Assembly (NCBI GenBank): GCA_964453135.1
Contig: CAYVOL010000001.1
Span: 24,895-88,894 of the forward strand
From: an uncultured Candidatus Saccharibacteria bacterium
GTDB taxonomy: Bacteria > Patescibacteriota > Minisyncoccia > UBA6257 > UBA9933
Direction: 5' to 3'
Length of the DNA stretch: 64,000 bases
Shown: positions 1-8,252 of the stretch, in pieces
Numbering within the stretch: position 1 is the stretch's first letter
Layout: each line of letters opens with the position of its first letter
Position numbers and translations under genes: made by a program
Notes under the pieces: model-generated
Seen by the model: only the letters and a program-made list of their open reading frames with translations
Told to the model about the DNA's origin: nothing
The model's database searches: none

Positions 1-137
1 AGGCGGAGAAGAATCTATTGTGTCATTTTGAACCGCCAACTGGCTCCGCCAACTGGCGGAGAAGAATCCCGTATTTATGCAAGTTTGATCATGTGAGATC
101 CTTCGTCCCCCGCCGTGGCGGGGGACGAAGGATGACA
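1..137. repeat. GTCAT/ATGAC-tagged palindromic repeat cluster (REP-like), cut by window edge
   Basis: tgtcattttgaa...ggcggagaagaatccc at 22-70 and gagatccttcgtcccccgccgtggcgggggacgaaggatgaca at 95-137; same family as 2725, 4521, 6841, 11642, 35177, 48357, 53674. Confidence 0.85.
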
Positions 138-212
138 ATAAAAACAGAATAACAATAAAAAACAACGATGAAAAGTGTAAACAACACTATGAAACCCTAC
201 AAATTAACTAAG

Positions 213-239
213 TGAAACAAAACAGCCGTAATTTCGTTA
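213..239 (+). promoter_or_regulatory. ECF (SigW-type) promoter, probably autoregulatory and leaderless
   Basis: TGAAAC (213-218), 16-nt spacer, CGTTA (235-239), 3 nt before the ECF sigma ATG. Confidence 0.6.
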
Positions 240-242
240 TCT

Positions 243-806
243 ATGTTGAATGGCGAAGAAAATTTAATAAAACACGCCATTAGAGGTGAGTCCTCGGCTT
301 TTGGCTCGCTTTATGATGAGTACCAACCGCGAATTTACCGGTTTATTTATCTTAAAGTAGGCCATCGTGAGGAAGCCGAGGATCTCACCCACCAAGTTTT
401 CCTCAATGCCTGGAAGAATGTGAAAAATTACCGCTTCCAAGGATTTCCTTTTTCCAGCTGGCTTTATCAAATTGCCCGCAACCAGGTAATAGACCATTAC
501 CGAACGAAAAAAACGGCTTTTACTCTTGACGACAACAGGGATAATGAAGAAGAAAACAGCAATGGCGATAATTTTTTAACAGAAGACAATAATTTTAATT
601 TAGATATCCGCTCGGAAATCGCCGCGGTTCAGGAAGCTATAAAAAAATTAATCCCCGAACAGCAAGACGTCATTATTATGAGATTCGTGGAAGAAATGCC
701 TCATCGGGAAATCGCCGCTTCTTTGAATAAACCGGAAAGCACGGTGCGGGTGCTTCAGCATCGCGCCATTGCTAATTTAAGAAAAACGTTAAAAAACGTT
801 CGTTAA
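243..806 (+). CDS. RNA polymerase sigma factor, ECF subfamily
   Basis: Region 2 AEDLTHQVFLNAW...FSSWLYQIARNQVIDHYR; region 4 EIAASLNKPESTVRVLQHRA. Confidence 0.95.
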   Translation: MLNGEENLIKHAIRGESSAFGSLYDEYQPRIYRFIYLKVGHREEAEDLTHQVFLNAWKNVKNYRFQGFPFSSWLYQIARNQVIDHYRTKKTAFTLDDNRDNEEENSNGDNFLTEDNNFNLDIRSEIAAVQEAIKKLIPEQQDVIIMRFVEEMPHREIAASLNKPESTVRVLQHRAIANLRKTLKNVR

Positions 807-815
807 AAAATATTT

Positions 816-1373
816 ATGGATAAAATCCGCCAATTATTAAAAGAATTAAAAAAGATTGAGCCGGACAGGGATTACAGCCGGACGTCTAAAATAGCCATTC
901 TCAACTATTCCCGTCCCGAAGAAAAAAGTGGGAGATTTTTGATGGAGATAATCCGTTTCGCAGCGGCGGCGGCTGCCGGCATCTTACTGATAATAACTGC
1001 CCTGGGAGGCGCGTCTTATTTTAATGAAAAATACTCCCCTCTTAATATGGAGGGCCTAAACCAAAAAAATCTGGTCAGCGAAGCCAAAGACATCAATGAT
1101 TCCATAAAAATAACTCTAGAAGAAATAAAATATCTTGACCAGTCCAACAAAAAAGCCATCAACGCGATGAACGAACTGTCCAAAAATAAACCCAACGCCT
1201 CGTCTCTTTCGGCAACCGCTTCCTCTTCTTTGAACGCCACCTCAACCGAGGATTTAAATAATTTTCTTATTAATCCATCTGTCGCCCCATCGGCCGCCAC
1301 TTCCACGGAAATAAACGGAACAAGCACTAATTTTCAAGATGTTAACGCATTGCTGGAAAAAATCTCTCAATAA
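816..1373 (+). CDS. Single-pass membrane protein, candidate anti-sigma factor
   Basis: Directly downstream of the ECF sigma; short N-terminus, one TM helix, S/T-rich tail; function inferred from context. Confidence 0.6.
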   Translation: MDKIRQLLKELKKIEPDRDYSRTSKIAILNYSRPEEKSGRFLMEIIRFAAAAAAGILLIITALGGASYFNEKYSPLNMEGLNQKNLVSEAKDINDSIKITLEEIKYLDQSNKKAINAMNELSKNKPNASSLSATASSSLNATSTEDLNNFLINPSVAPSAATSTEINGTSTNFQDVNALLEKISQ

Positions 1374-2229
1374 GAATGGCGAAGCAAATTATGCGCCTTT
1401 CGTTATTTTGGTGGCGAGCGGATTATTTTTTTCAAGCGGCGCTTTTTCGCCGATAAGTCCGCTGATAAATTTCCCGACGGCTTACGCTTCCAGCGCTTCT
1501 TCATCAGCGGCTGAAATTCCGGAAACTTCCGAATTGAGTTTAGGCGACAGAAAACAACTCCTGACGGATATTCTTTCTTCGGCTTTGTCGCAAACCAACG
1601 AACTGGCAAATTATCTTTCCGCTTTGCAGACCCCCAATGAAGAATGGGATAAAATACGGGGCAATTTAGTATCCGACCTTGCCAATTTCAGCGGGCATTA
1701 CCAACTGACAATAGACAAAATCAACGACGCCAGTTCCACCATCACTCTGGAGGAAATTAAAAAAACAGCGCGGGGATTGAAAGACTGGCAGGAAAACATT
1801 TATTCTCCGGAAATAGACAGGGCAATCAACGCTTCCCTTATTTTGAGAGCCGATGATTTTTTCAACACCACGCAAAGCAGATTTGATAAAATATCGGCTG
1901 ATATAAAAAAATTGGAGAGGCAAAGATTTATCAAAACAAATCTTTCCAAGAGATATTTGTCGGATATTTCCCGCCATCTGAAAAACATTGGGAGTTCTAT
2001 TGACAGCGCGAAGAAGTTGTATTTAAAATCTTCCGCGGCCGCGGAAGAAAATTCCGCCACCAGCACCGACGCGCTTTCCAATAAAGCGGAAGAAAAAACC
2101 TCCCTTCAAGAAAGCCGCGCTCAAATCCAGGACACAATAAGAAAAACAATCCAGGACGCGCTGAAAGAATTAAAAACAACTTACGAGATATTCTTCCAGA
2201 TAAACGACAGAATAAAAAACGGGAATTAG
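1339..2229 (+). CDS. Hypothetical helical exported protein (start uncertain)
   Basis: Long ORF with hydrophobic N-terminal segment, co-oriented with the ECF operon, ends just before a palindrome. Confidence 0.7.
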   Translation: MLTHCWKKSLNKNGEANYAPFVILVASGLFFSSGAFSPISPLINFPTAYASSASSSAAEIPETSELSLGDRKQLLTDILSSALSQTNELANYLSALQTPNEEWDKIRGNLVSDLANFSGHYQLTIDKINDASSTITLEEIKKTARGLKDWQENIYSPEIDRAINASLILRADDFFNTTQSRFDKISADIKKLERQRFIKTNLSKRYLSDISRHLKNIGSSIDSAKKLYLKSSAAAEENSATSTDALSNKAEEKTSLQESRAQIQDTIRKTIQDALKELKTTYEIFFQINDRIKNGN

Positions 2230-2243
2230 AAAGTCGGACTATC

Positions 2244-2283
2244 AATAAAACAACCCCCCGCCGCGGCGGGGGGTTGTTTTATT
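2244..2283. terminator. Perfect 40-bp palindrome, probable bidirectional terminator
   Basis: aataaaacaaccccccgccg|cggcggggggttgttttatt between convergent genes. Confidence 0.8.
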
Positions 2284-2314
2284 CGCTTAAAATATACAGA
2301 GATACTGACGAAGT

Positions 2315-2590
2315 TTACTGCACTGCTTCTTTCAAAGCTTTGGCCGCTCTGAATTTCGGCTTAATGGAAGCGGCAATTTGAATTTTTTCTCCGGTTTTCG
2401 GATTAACGCCCATGCGAGCCGCTCTTTTGGCAACCTTAAATGTGCCGAAGCCGGCCACCGCCACTTCTTCTCCTCTGCTTAACGCTTTGGTGATAGTATC
2501 AAAAACAGCGTCTACCGCGGAAGTTGCCTGTTTTTTAACTTCAATATTGGCAGCACCCATCACTACCTCTACTAAACTTACCTTGTTCAT
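2315..2590 (-). CDS. hup: DNA-binding protein HU
   Basis: GFGTFKVAKRAARMGVNPKTGEKIQIAAS..PKFRAAKALKEAV signature. Confidence 0.97.
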   Translation of the reverse strand: MNKVSLVEVVMGAANIEVKKQATSAVDAVFDTITKALSRGEEVAVAGFGTFKVAKRAARMGVNPKTGEKIQIAASIKPKFRAAKALKEAVQ

Positions 2591-2724
2591 AGATATTAAA
2601 ACTTGCTTTTGCTCTGTCGACCTTTGAATGATTAAAATAATTATAGCAAATTTCTCATTGTGAAATCAATTGCCGCTAATAAATGAACGCGCTTTTCACC
2701 ATGGTTATTCTGAATTTTATTGTT

Positions 2725-2803
2725 TGTCATTCTGAGTCCGCCAGTTGGCGGACGAAGGATCTCGCAAGATTCTTCTCCGCCGGCTGGCGGATTCAGAATG
2801 ACA
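2725..2803. repeat. REP-like palindromic doublet
   Basis: tgtcattctgagtccgccagttggcggacgaaggatctc-gca-agattcttctccgccggctggcggattcagaatgaca. Confidence 0.9.
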
Positions 2804-2843
2804 GGTGGTCTAGGATCAAAACGACAATCCGCGCAAAAATCTC

Positions 2844-4367
2844 CTATTTCGCATATTCCACGGCTTTAACTTCCCTGATGACATTGACTTTGATTTCGCC
2901 CGGATATTTCAGCTCCGCTTCAATTCTGTCGGCAACGTCTTTAGCTAATTGGTAAGCGCCGAAGTCGTCAATTTTTTCCGGCGTTACGAAAATCCTCAAT
3001 TCCCGTCCCGCGGAAATAGCGTAAGAATTTTTCACTCCGGCAAAACCATTGGCGATTTTCTCCAAATCTTCCAGCCGCTTGATATAATTTTCCAAGCTTT
3101 CCCTTCTCGCTCCGGGACGCGAAGCAGACAAAGCATCCGCCGCTGTTACCACAAACGATTCGGGCGTAGCGAAAGGATAATCTTCGTGATGCGCCTCCAT
3201 CGCCTTGATTACTTCTTCGGATATATTGTATTTTTTGAGTATTTTTCTTCCCAGTTCAATATGGCTTCCTCCCACTTCGTGGTCTATGGCTTTGCCGATG
3301 TCATGAAGCAAAGCCGCTTTTTTGGCAACTTCCACGTTCAAACCCAGCTCCGCCGCCATCATCGCCGCCAAATGAGTGGCCTCCAAGGAATGGAGCAAAA
3401 CATTTTGCCCATAGCTGGTGCGGAAATGAAGCCGCCCCAATAACTGAACAATCTCTTTGGGCAAGTCGTAAAGGCCGACTTCGTAAACCGCTTCCTCTCC
3501 TATTTCCGCGGTCCGCTTGTTCATTTCTTCCTTGGCTTCCTCCACTTTTTCTTCAATGCGCGCGGGCTGGATTCTCCCGTCTTTCATCAATTTTTCCAAA
3601 GCCAAACGGGCGATTTCCCGCCTCATGGGATCAAAAGAAGAAATGACGATGTAATCGGGCGATTCGTCAATGATAAATTCCACGCCCGTGGAGCGCTCGA
3701 GCGCTTTTATGTTTCTGCCTTCCCGTCCGATTATTTTTCCTTTCAGATCTTCATTTTCAAGATTGAAAATGGCAGTAGTGATTTCGGAAACATGGGAATG
3801 GCTATAGCGCTGAATGGCGACAGTCATAATGTCTTTGGCTTTGCTTTCCAATTCCTCACGCCTTTCTTTATTCAATTTTTGAACAAGGGAACTTAATTCT
3901 TTCTGGTTATCTTCGTAAACTCTTTTAATAAGGAGTTCTTTGGCTTTGTCAGATGTTAACCCCGCGACTTTCTGGATTTCTTCTTCGGATTTTTTTCTTA
4001 ATTCTTCAAGGTCGCTTTGCCGCTTTTTTATTTCTTCCTGTTCTTTGATTAATTTTTCCTCCCGCAAGCGGAAATGATTTACTTCGCTTTGAAGCGCCTC
4101 TTCCTTGGAACGAAATCTGTCTTCTAATTTATCCAGCTGCTGCTTTCTTTCCCGCTCTTCTTTTTTGATCTCTTCCAATATGTCAGCGGACTTGTTTTCC
4201 GCCTCTAAAACTATTTCTTTCGCCTTAACTTTTGCGTCTTCTAACTGATTTTCAATTTTTTTCTCCTGGCGGGCTTTACTTCCGGAAATAAGGAAATGGC
4301 GAAAGACATACACCGCCGCTCCGGCCGCCGCAACCAAAACTATCCCCAGAATTGGGTTGATGTACAT
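2844..4367 (-). CDS. rny: Ribonuclease Y
   Basis: N-terminal TM, coiled coil, KH motif KGKIIGREGRNI, HD motif LLHDIGKA. Confidence 0.97.
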   Translation of the reverse strand: MYINPILGIVLVAAAGAAVYVFRHFLISGSKARQEKKIENQLEDAKVKAKEIVLEAENKSADILEEIKKEERERKQQLDKLEDRFRSKEEALQSEVNHFRLREEKLIKEQEEIKKRQSDLEELRKKSEEEIQKVAGLTSDKAKELLIKRVYEDNQKELSSLVQKLNKERREELESKAKDIMTVAIQRYSHSHVSEITTAIFNLENEDLKGKIIGREGRNIKALERSTGVEFIIDESPDYIVISSFDPMRREIARLALEKLMKDGRIQPARIEEKVEEAKEEMNKRTAEIGEEAVYEVGLYDLPKEIVQLLGRLHFRTSYGQNVLLHSLEATHLAAMMAAELGLNVEVAKKAALLHDIGKAIDHEVGGSHIELGRKILKKYNISEEVIKAMEAHHEDYPFATPESFVVTAADALSASRPGARRESLENYIKRLEDLEKIANGFAGVKNSYAISAGRELRIFVTPEKIDDFGAYQLAKDVADRIEAELKYPGEIKVNVIREVKAVEYAK

Positions 4368-4520
4368 ATGTTAAATTGTTCGCTAATTCATCCGTAAAAG
4401 TATGCGCCAAATCAGCATTCAGCGATACCATTATTTTAGTTAGGAACATAAAAAATGACTTTTATTATTACCCGTATTATAAAACTTTGCGATAAAAAGT
4501 AAACCCCGCCAGCGCAAGAA

Positions 4521-4755
4521 TGTCATCCTGAGTCCCCCGCCACGGCGGGGGACGAAGGATCTCGCTAAGATTCTTCACTACGTTCAGAATGACAGCGTAA
4601 GTCATCCTGAGCGAAGGCGAAGGATCTAACGAAATTTTTCTCCGCCAGTTGGCGTCCGCCGGCTGGCGGATCAGAATGACAGCTTTGGATTTCCGCTTTC
4701 GCGGGAATGACAGGCGCTAAGATTCTTCTCCGCCGGCTGGCGGATCAGAATGACA
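4521..4755. repeat. Cluster of REP-like palindromes (two doublets plus two right halves)
   Basis: Units end in agaatgaca/ggaatgaca at 4594, 4681, 4712 and 4755; one is of the ggatttccgctttcgcgggaatgac type. Confidence 0.9.
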
Positions 4756-4896
4756 TTTTACGGACAGCGCCTCCCGTCAGTAATCAGTAAAAGATAGGGG
4801 CGGGCGGAACACATCATTTCGCCATGGCCGGAATGCCGTTGCGATAAGATATAAAAAGGGACAAAAAACTTTAATTAAGTCAAAATGGGTTTCGCA

Positions 4897-6780
4897 TTAT
4901 TGATAGCAATAATGATAGTAAAGTCGGCTACAGTTGGAATCTACTGGCTCAAAACTGGTTAATTGAACGTCTGTAAAACCAGCTGGACAGGAATACCCTC
5001 CGGTCCAAGGATTGGTTACTGCCGGTTGACACCCGCTACCGGAGATAGTCGTATACATTCCTCCAAATCTACCCGTGCTCGCCCAACGCGCGGGACCACC
5101 AGCTTGCGGAGAACCCAACCACACATCTCCACTCCAAACGGAAATATTTCCACCACTAACCGACAGTTTATTGTCCGGCGCTGTTGTTCCGATGCCGACG
5201 TACCCGTTACTTTGGTTAATATAATCGAGGCTATTTGCGAAATAAAGATCTCCTGTTGAATTGCTAATCATTAACGGTCGCAAGGTATTCCAACTCCCAT
5301 ATTGATTGCCGGAATTGGTAAGTAAAGGCATATATGTATTGACGCCATCATTTCTAATAAAAGCTCCGTAATTTCCAGATATAGCTCTAAATTGACCTGA
5401 GCCACCCCCTAAAGTACTAATGAATTCTGTTGCTGTTCTAGTAGAGCCATTGACATCTAATGTATAGCCTGGTGATGCCGTCCCGATACCCACGTAAGTT
5501 CCATTATCATATATCTGCGAATTGGTAATACTAGGCACAGTTCCCCATTTTGTAAGATAGTTTGTGGTGCCGGAAGTGTAGGTGACCGTACCCGCACCCA
5601 AACTGGTGCAGCTTCCAGCAGAAGTGACAATGCCGCCGGATATTGTAAGACCGCTGGGAGTGGTGCCTGCTGAACAGGTTAATGAATTGACGCCAGCAGT
5701 GCCGCCGCGCCGGTAATAATTGGTTGCGCCGACATTGATGTCTCCGGAAACATCAAGCTTGTAAACAGGAGACATTCCCACGCCGACATTGCCGGAAGAA
5801 TTCCAGACTCCGCTGCCCGGGAAATTAATTGTCCCGCTGAAAGTAGGGCTGGAACTAAAAACCAAAGAACCGCTGCCGGTTTCGTCGGTAATTATTGACG
5901 CTAAGTTGGCGGAAGTATCGGTGTTGAAATAAGTGGAAGACAAGCCGGCGATTTTTCCAGCGGAGGTTATTAAGTTGACATTGCCGGTGCCGAATTGGGC
6001 GGCGCCCTGGACATCAAGAAGCGCGCCGGGAGTGGAAGTTCCGACGCCGAGATATTTGTTGGTATTGTTCCAGAAAAGATTGGCGTCTCCGCCTAAAGTG
6101 CCGGCATTGTTGAATTGCACCTGGCCGGTGGAGCCGCCGGCGAATCCTGTGGGCCAGGAAGCAATGCAGGAACCGTTAAGGCAGAACTGGGTGGAGCTGG
6201 TGTTACCCGAAACTTCCAAGGGCTGGCTGGGATTAGAGGTGCCTACTCCGAAATTACCGGAGTTGTAATAAAGTTTAGAGCCGGAGGAAAAAAGGCAGGC
6301 GCTGTTGACGCATAGCCCGGTGTCGGAACGGACATAGCCGCCCAAGACGTCAAGCTTGACCCCTGGGCTGGCGGTGCCAACGCCGACATTGCCGCTCATA
6401 AGAGCAGTGGGGTTACCTTGTTTACCAATTTGTAATACTACGTTATTTCCACTATCAAAAAATTGATATTGAGTTGCATAACCGCCAGTACCGCCGGGAT
6501 TAAAACCCATCCAAGAATTAACTGAATCACCCGAAATATAAGAGGAATTCCCTAACCCAAATTTTAACGCTGATGTAACTCTCGCATTGCCATTAACATC
6601 TAATATATATTGCGGCGTCGTTGTCCCAATGCCCACATTGCCGCCGGAATAATATAAGACACCCCCCCCTGCGCCGGGAGCAGAGGAAGGAGAAGTCCAG
6701 CCGAAAACTACGGTGGCAAAAGAAACTGCTAAAATGAGGCAAGAGAATATGAAAAGGATTTTAGGAAGGGAGCGGGACAT
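4897..6780 (-). CDS. Exported GNVGIGT-repeat (fibre/adhesin-like) surface protein with Cys-rich C-terminal domain
   Basis: Signal/TM N-terminus; about 7 GNVG(I/V)GTxxPxxxLDVxG modules; C-terminus FGGMY...C...NPWTGGYSCPAGF...YCYQ. Confidence 0.8.
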   Translation of the reverse strand: MSRSLPKILFIFSCLILAVSFATVVFGWTSPSSAPGAGGGVLYYSGGNVGIGTTTPQYILDVNGNARVTSALKFGLGNSSYISGDSVNSWMGFNPGGTGGYATQYQFFDSGNNVVLQIGKQGNPTALMSGNVGVGTASPGVKLDVLGGYVRSDTGLCVNSACLFSSGSKLYYNSGNFGVGTSNPSQPLEVSGNTSSTQFCLNGSCIASWPTGFAGGSTGQVQFNNAGTLGGDANLFWNNTNKYLGVGTSTPGALLDVQGAAQFGTGNVNLITSAGKIAGLSSTYFNTDTSANLASIITDETGSGSLVFSSSPTFSGTINFPGSGVWNSSGNVGVGMSPVYKLDVSGDINVGATNYYRRGGTAGVNSLTCSAGTTPSGLTISGGIVTSAGSCTSLGAGTVTYTSGTTNYLTKWGTVPSITNSQIYDNGTYVGIGTASPGYTLDVNGSTRTATEFISTLGGGSGQFRAISGNYGAFIRNDGVNTYMPLLTNSGNQYGSWNTLRPLMISNSTGDLYFANSLDYINQSNGYVGIGTTAPDNKLSVSGGNISVWSGDVWLGSPQAGGPARWASTGRFGGMYTTISGSGCQPAVTNPWTGGYSCPAGFTDVQLTSFEPVDSNCSRLYYHYCYQ

Positions 6781-6840
6781 TTTTTATTTATCGTTGTTTT
6801 TATTGTTATCCTGTTTTAATAGTCATCCTGAAAGTGTTTT

Positions 6841-6968
6841 TGTCATCCTGAGTCCCCCGCCACGGCGGGGGACGAAGGATCTCGCAAGATTCTTCACTGC
6901 GTTCAGAATGACGGGGTGGATTCTTCTCCGCCAGCTGGCGTCCGCCAGCTGGCGGATTCATAATGACA
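6841..6968. repeat. REP-like doublet plus extra half, in the 5' leader of the surface-protein gene
   Basis: 6841-6912 matches 4521-4593 except for one indel and one substitution. Confidence 0.9.
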
Positions 6969-7042
6969 TAAGAAAAGTCGTAAATTTATTTTTTAGTTTA
7001 TTAATAATTTTACTTCTGCTGAAAATGAAAATCAATGAAGAG

Positions 7043-7051
7043 TTATCCACA
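7043..7051 (+). promoter_or_regulatory. DnaA box
   Basis: Exact TTATCCACA, just upstream of a minus-strand TTGATT...TAAAAT promoter. Confidence 0.6.
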
Positions 7052-7169
7052 TAAGCAATATCAAAACCCGTTTAATTTGACAGAGCCGCTGTTGAAAAAT
7101 AACAAAAAAGAGGCGAGAGCCGTTAAAAGCACTCTCGCCCCTGATACAAAAGAACTATAATCCCCCCCC

Positions 7170-8252
7170 TTAGTTTGCCACCAACGGGGCTGGACCCATC
7201 GGCGGCGAGAATAAAGGTCCGTTTGGAGGCAAAGGAGCCGGTCCGCCTCCTGGAAGTCCAGGGGAACCCGGAGGACCAATGGGACCTTGAGCGCCAACGG
7301 GGCCTTGTGAACCGACTGGGCCTTGCGGGCCTGCCGGACCTTGAGCGCCAGTTGCGCCCCCTGGCCCCTGAGGACCTGTCGAGCCCTGGGCTCCTTGAGA
7401 TCCTTGCGGACCTCTAAATCCTCGCGGACCCTGAACGCCTTGCTGGCCTTGGGGACCTTGCGGACCTACTGGGCCGCGAGGGTGATGAATGATATGGATG
7501 GAGGATGCTGCCGCTCCTCCGTAAATCGCGGCCTTATCAATGTCGCTCGCCGCCAAAAATGGGACGCCGCACTCCTCCGGAAGGAAGGCTTTTTCAAAAA
7601 TTCCTCCCAGAAGAGAACCACCGACCGCGGCTAACGCACCGATTGGATGGCTCATCGCCATGGCTCCGCCAAATCCGGCAAGCCCTCCCAAAGTGCCGCC
7701 CCATCCAGAGGGAGTACATCTTTTTTGCCAGGCATCTCTTCGCTCCAGGGCGTAATTCACCGCTGCCACCACATCTGCCTGAGTAATCTGCGGCTGTGGC
7801 GGAGGATACTGGTAAATAGCTTGAGGCGGTGGCGACGCTGGCATCGGCTGATACGACGCCGCTGCCGGCTGTTGAACAACTGCTTCTTGCGGCCGCGGAC
7901 GCGTTGCTGAAACCGCCCTGTCCTCAATGAAATTCAAAAACACTCGATTGAGAATAGGGTTGCCGCAGGCACATACTTTGTCCGCCAGCCAACGCTCTCC
8001 GTCTTTACGCATAGAGACTTCTGTTCCGACTGGCAACCAGCCAGTGGAAATTTTTCCGCTGGCGCCAATTATTTTCACCTCGGCATCCTCGTCCAACTTC
8101 ATGGTCGGGAGGTTTTCTTTCTTACAAAGGTCCGGCGCCACCGGGTCGGCGCCGATGTTAATATATTTTTTCCCGGTTTCCGCGGCAACGGGCGAAATCC
8201 CCGTCGCGGCTAATGCAACTATGGCAAGAGCAATGACACCCATTCTTCTCAT
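7170..8252 (-). CDS. Exported collagen-like protein
   Basis: Signal peptide ending AAE, Q/P-rich linker, glycine-zipper-like segment, about 25 Gly-X-Y triplets; strong SD AGGAGGAGG. Confidence 0.85.
   Translation of the reverse strand: MRRMGVIALAIVALAATGISPVAAETGKKYINIGADPVAPDLCKKENLPTMKLDEDAEVKIIGASGKISTGWLPVGTEVSMRKDGERWLADKVCACGNPILNRVFLNFIEDRAVSATRPRPQEAVVQQPAAASYQPMPASPPPQAIYQYPPPQPQITQADVVAAVNYALERRDAWQKRCTPSGWGGTLGGLAGFGGAMAMSHPIGALAAVGGSLLGGIFEKAFLPEECGVPFLAASDIDKAAIYGGAAASSIHIIHHPRGPVGPQGPQGQQGVQGPRGFRGPQGSQGAQGSTGPQGPGGATGAQGPAGPQGPVGSQGPVGAQGPIGPPGSPGLPGGGPAPLPPNGPLFSPPMGPAPLVAN

Noticed and set aside
168-215. Shared cap read as a peptide (MKSVNNTMKPY / MKSVNNAMKSY / MQSINKAMKSY), possibly a nuclease N-terminal remnant
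   Set aside because: Frames close within a few codons at all four copies, differences are not mostly synonymous, and no catalytic motif follows; treated as a DNA element.
2683-2955. ORFs 2683-2955, 6713-7054 and 53569-53889 with similar peptides (HSESASWRTKDL, ILSPPPRRGTKDL, ILSPLAPPRRGAKNP)
   Set aside because: The similarity comes from reading through the REP DNA; they overlap real genes on the opposite strand and lack start signals.
4368-4500. 6S RNA at its common position upstream of rny
   Set aside because: AT-rich leader with a promoter but no long self-complementary rod.
4521-4755. REP clusters or the topA 18-mers as a CRISPR array
   Set aside because: Units are inverted doublets or contiguous degenerate repeats with no unique constant-length spacers; no cas genes in the window.
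4756-4890. Silent alternative C-terminal cassette (shufflon-like) downstream of the surface gene
   Set aside because: No GNVGIGT junction, no Cys-rich tip motif, no inverted recombination sites and no invertase seen.
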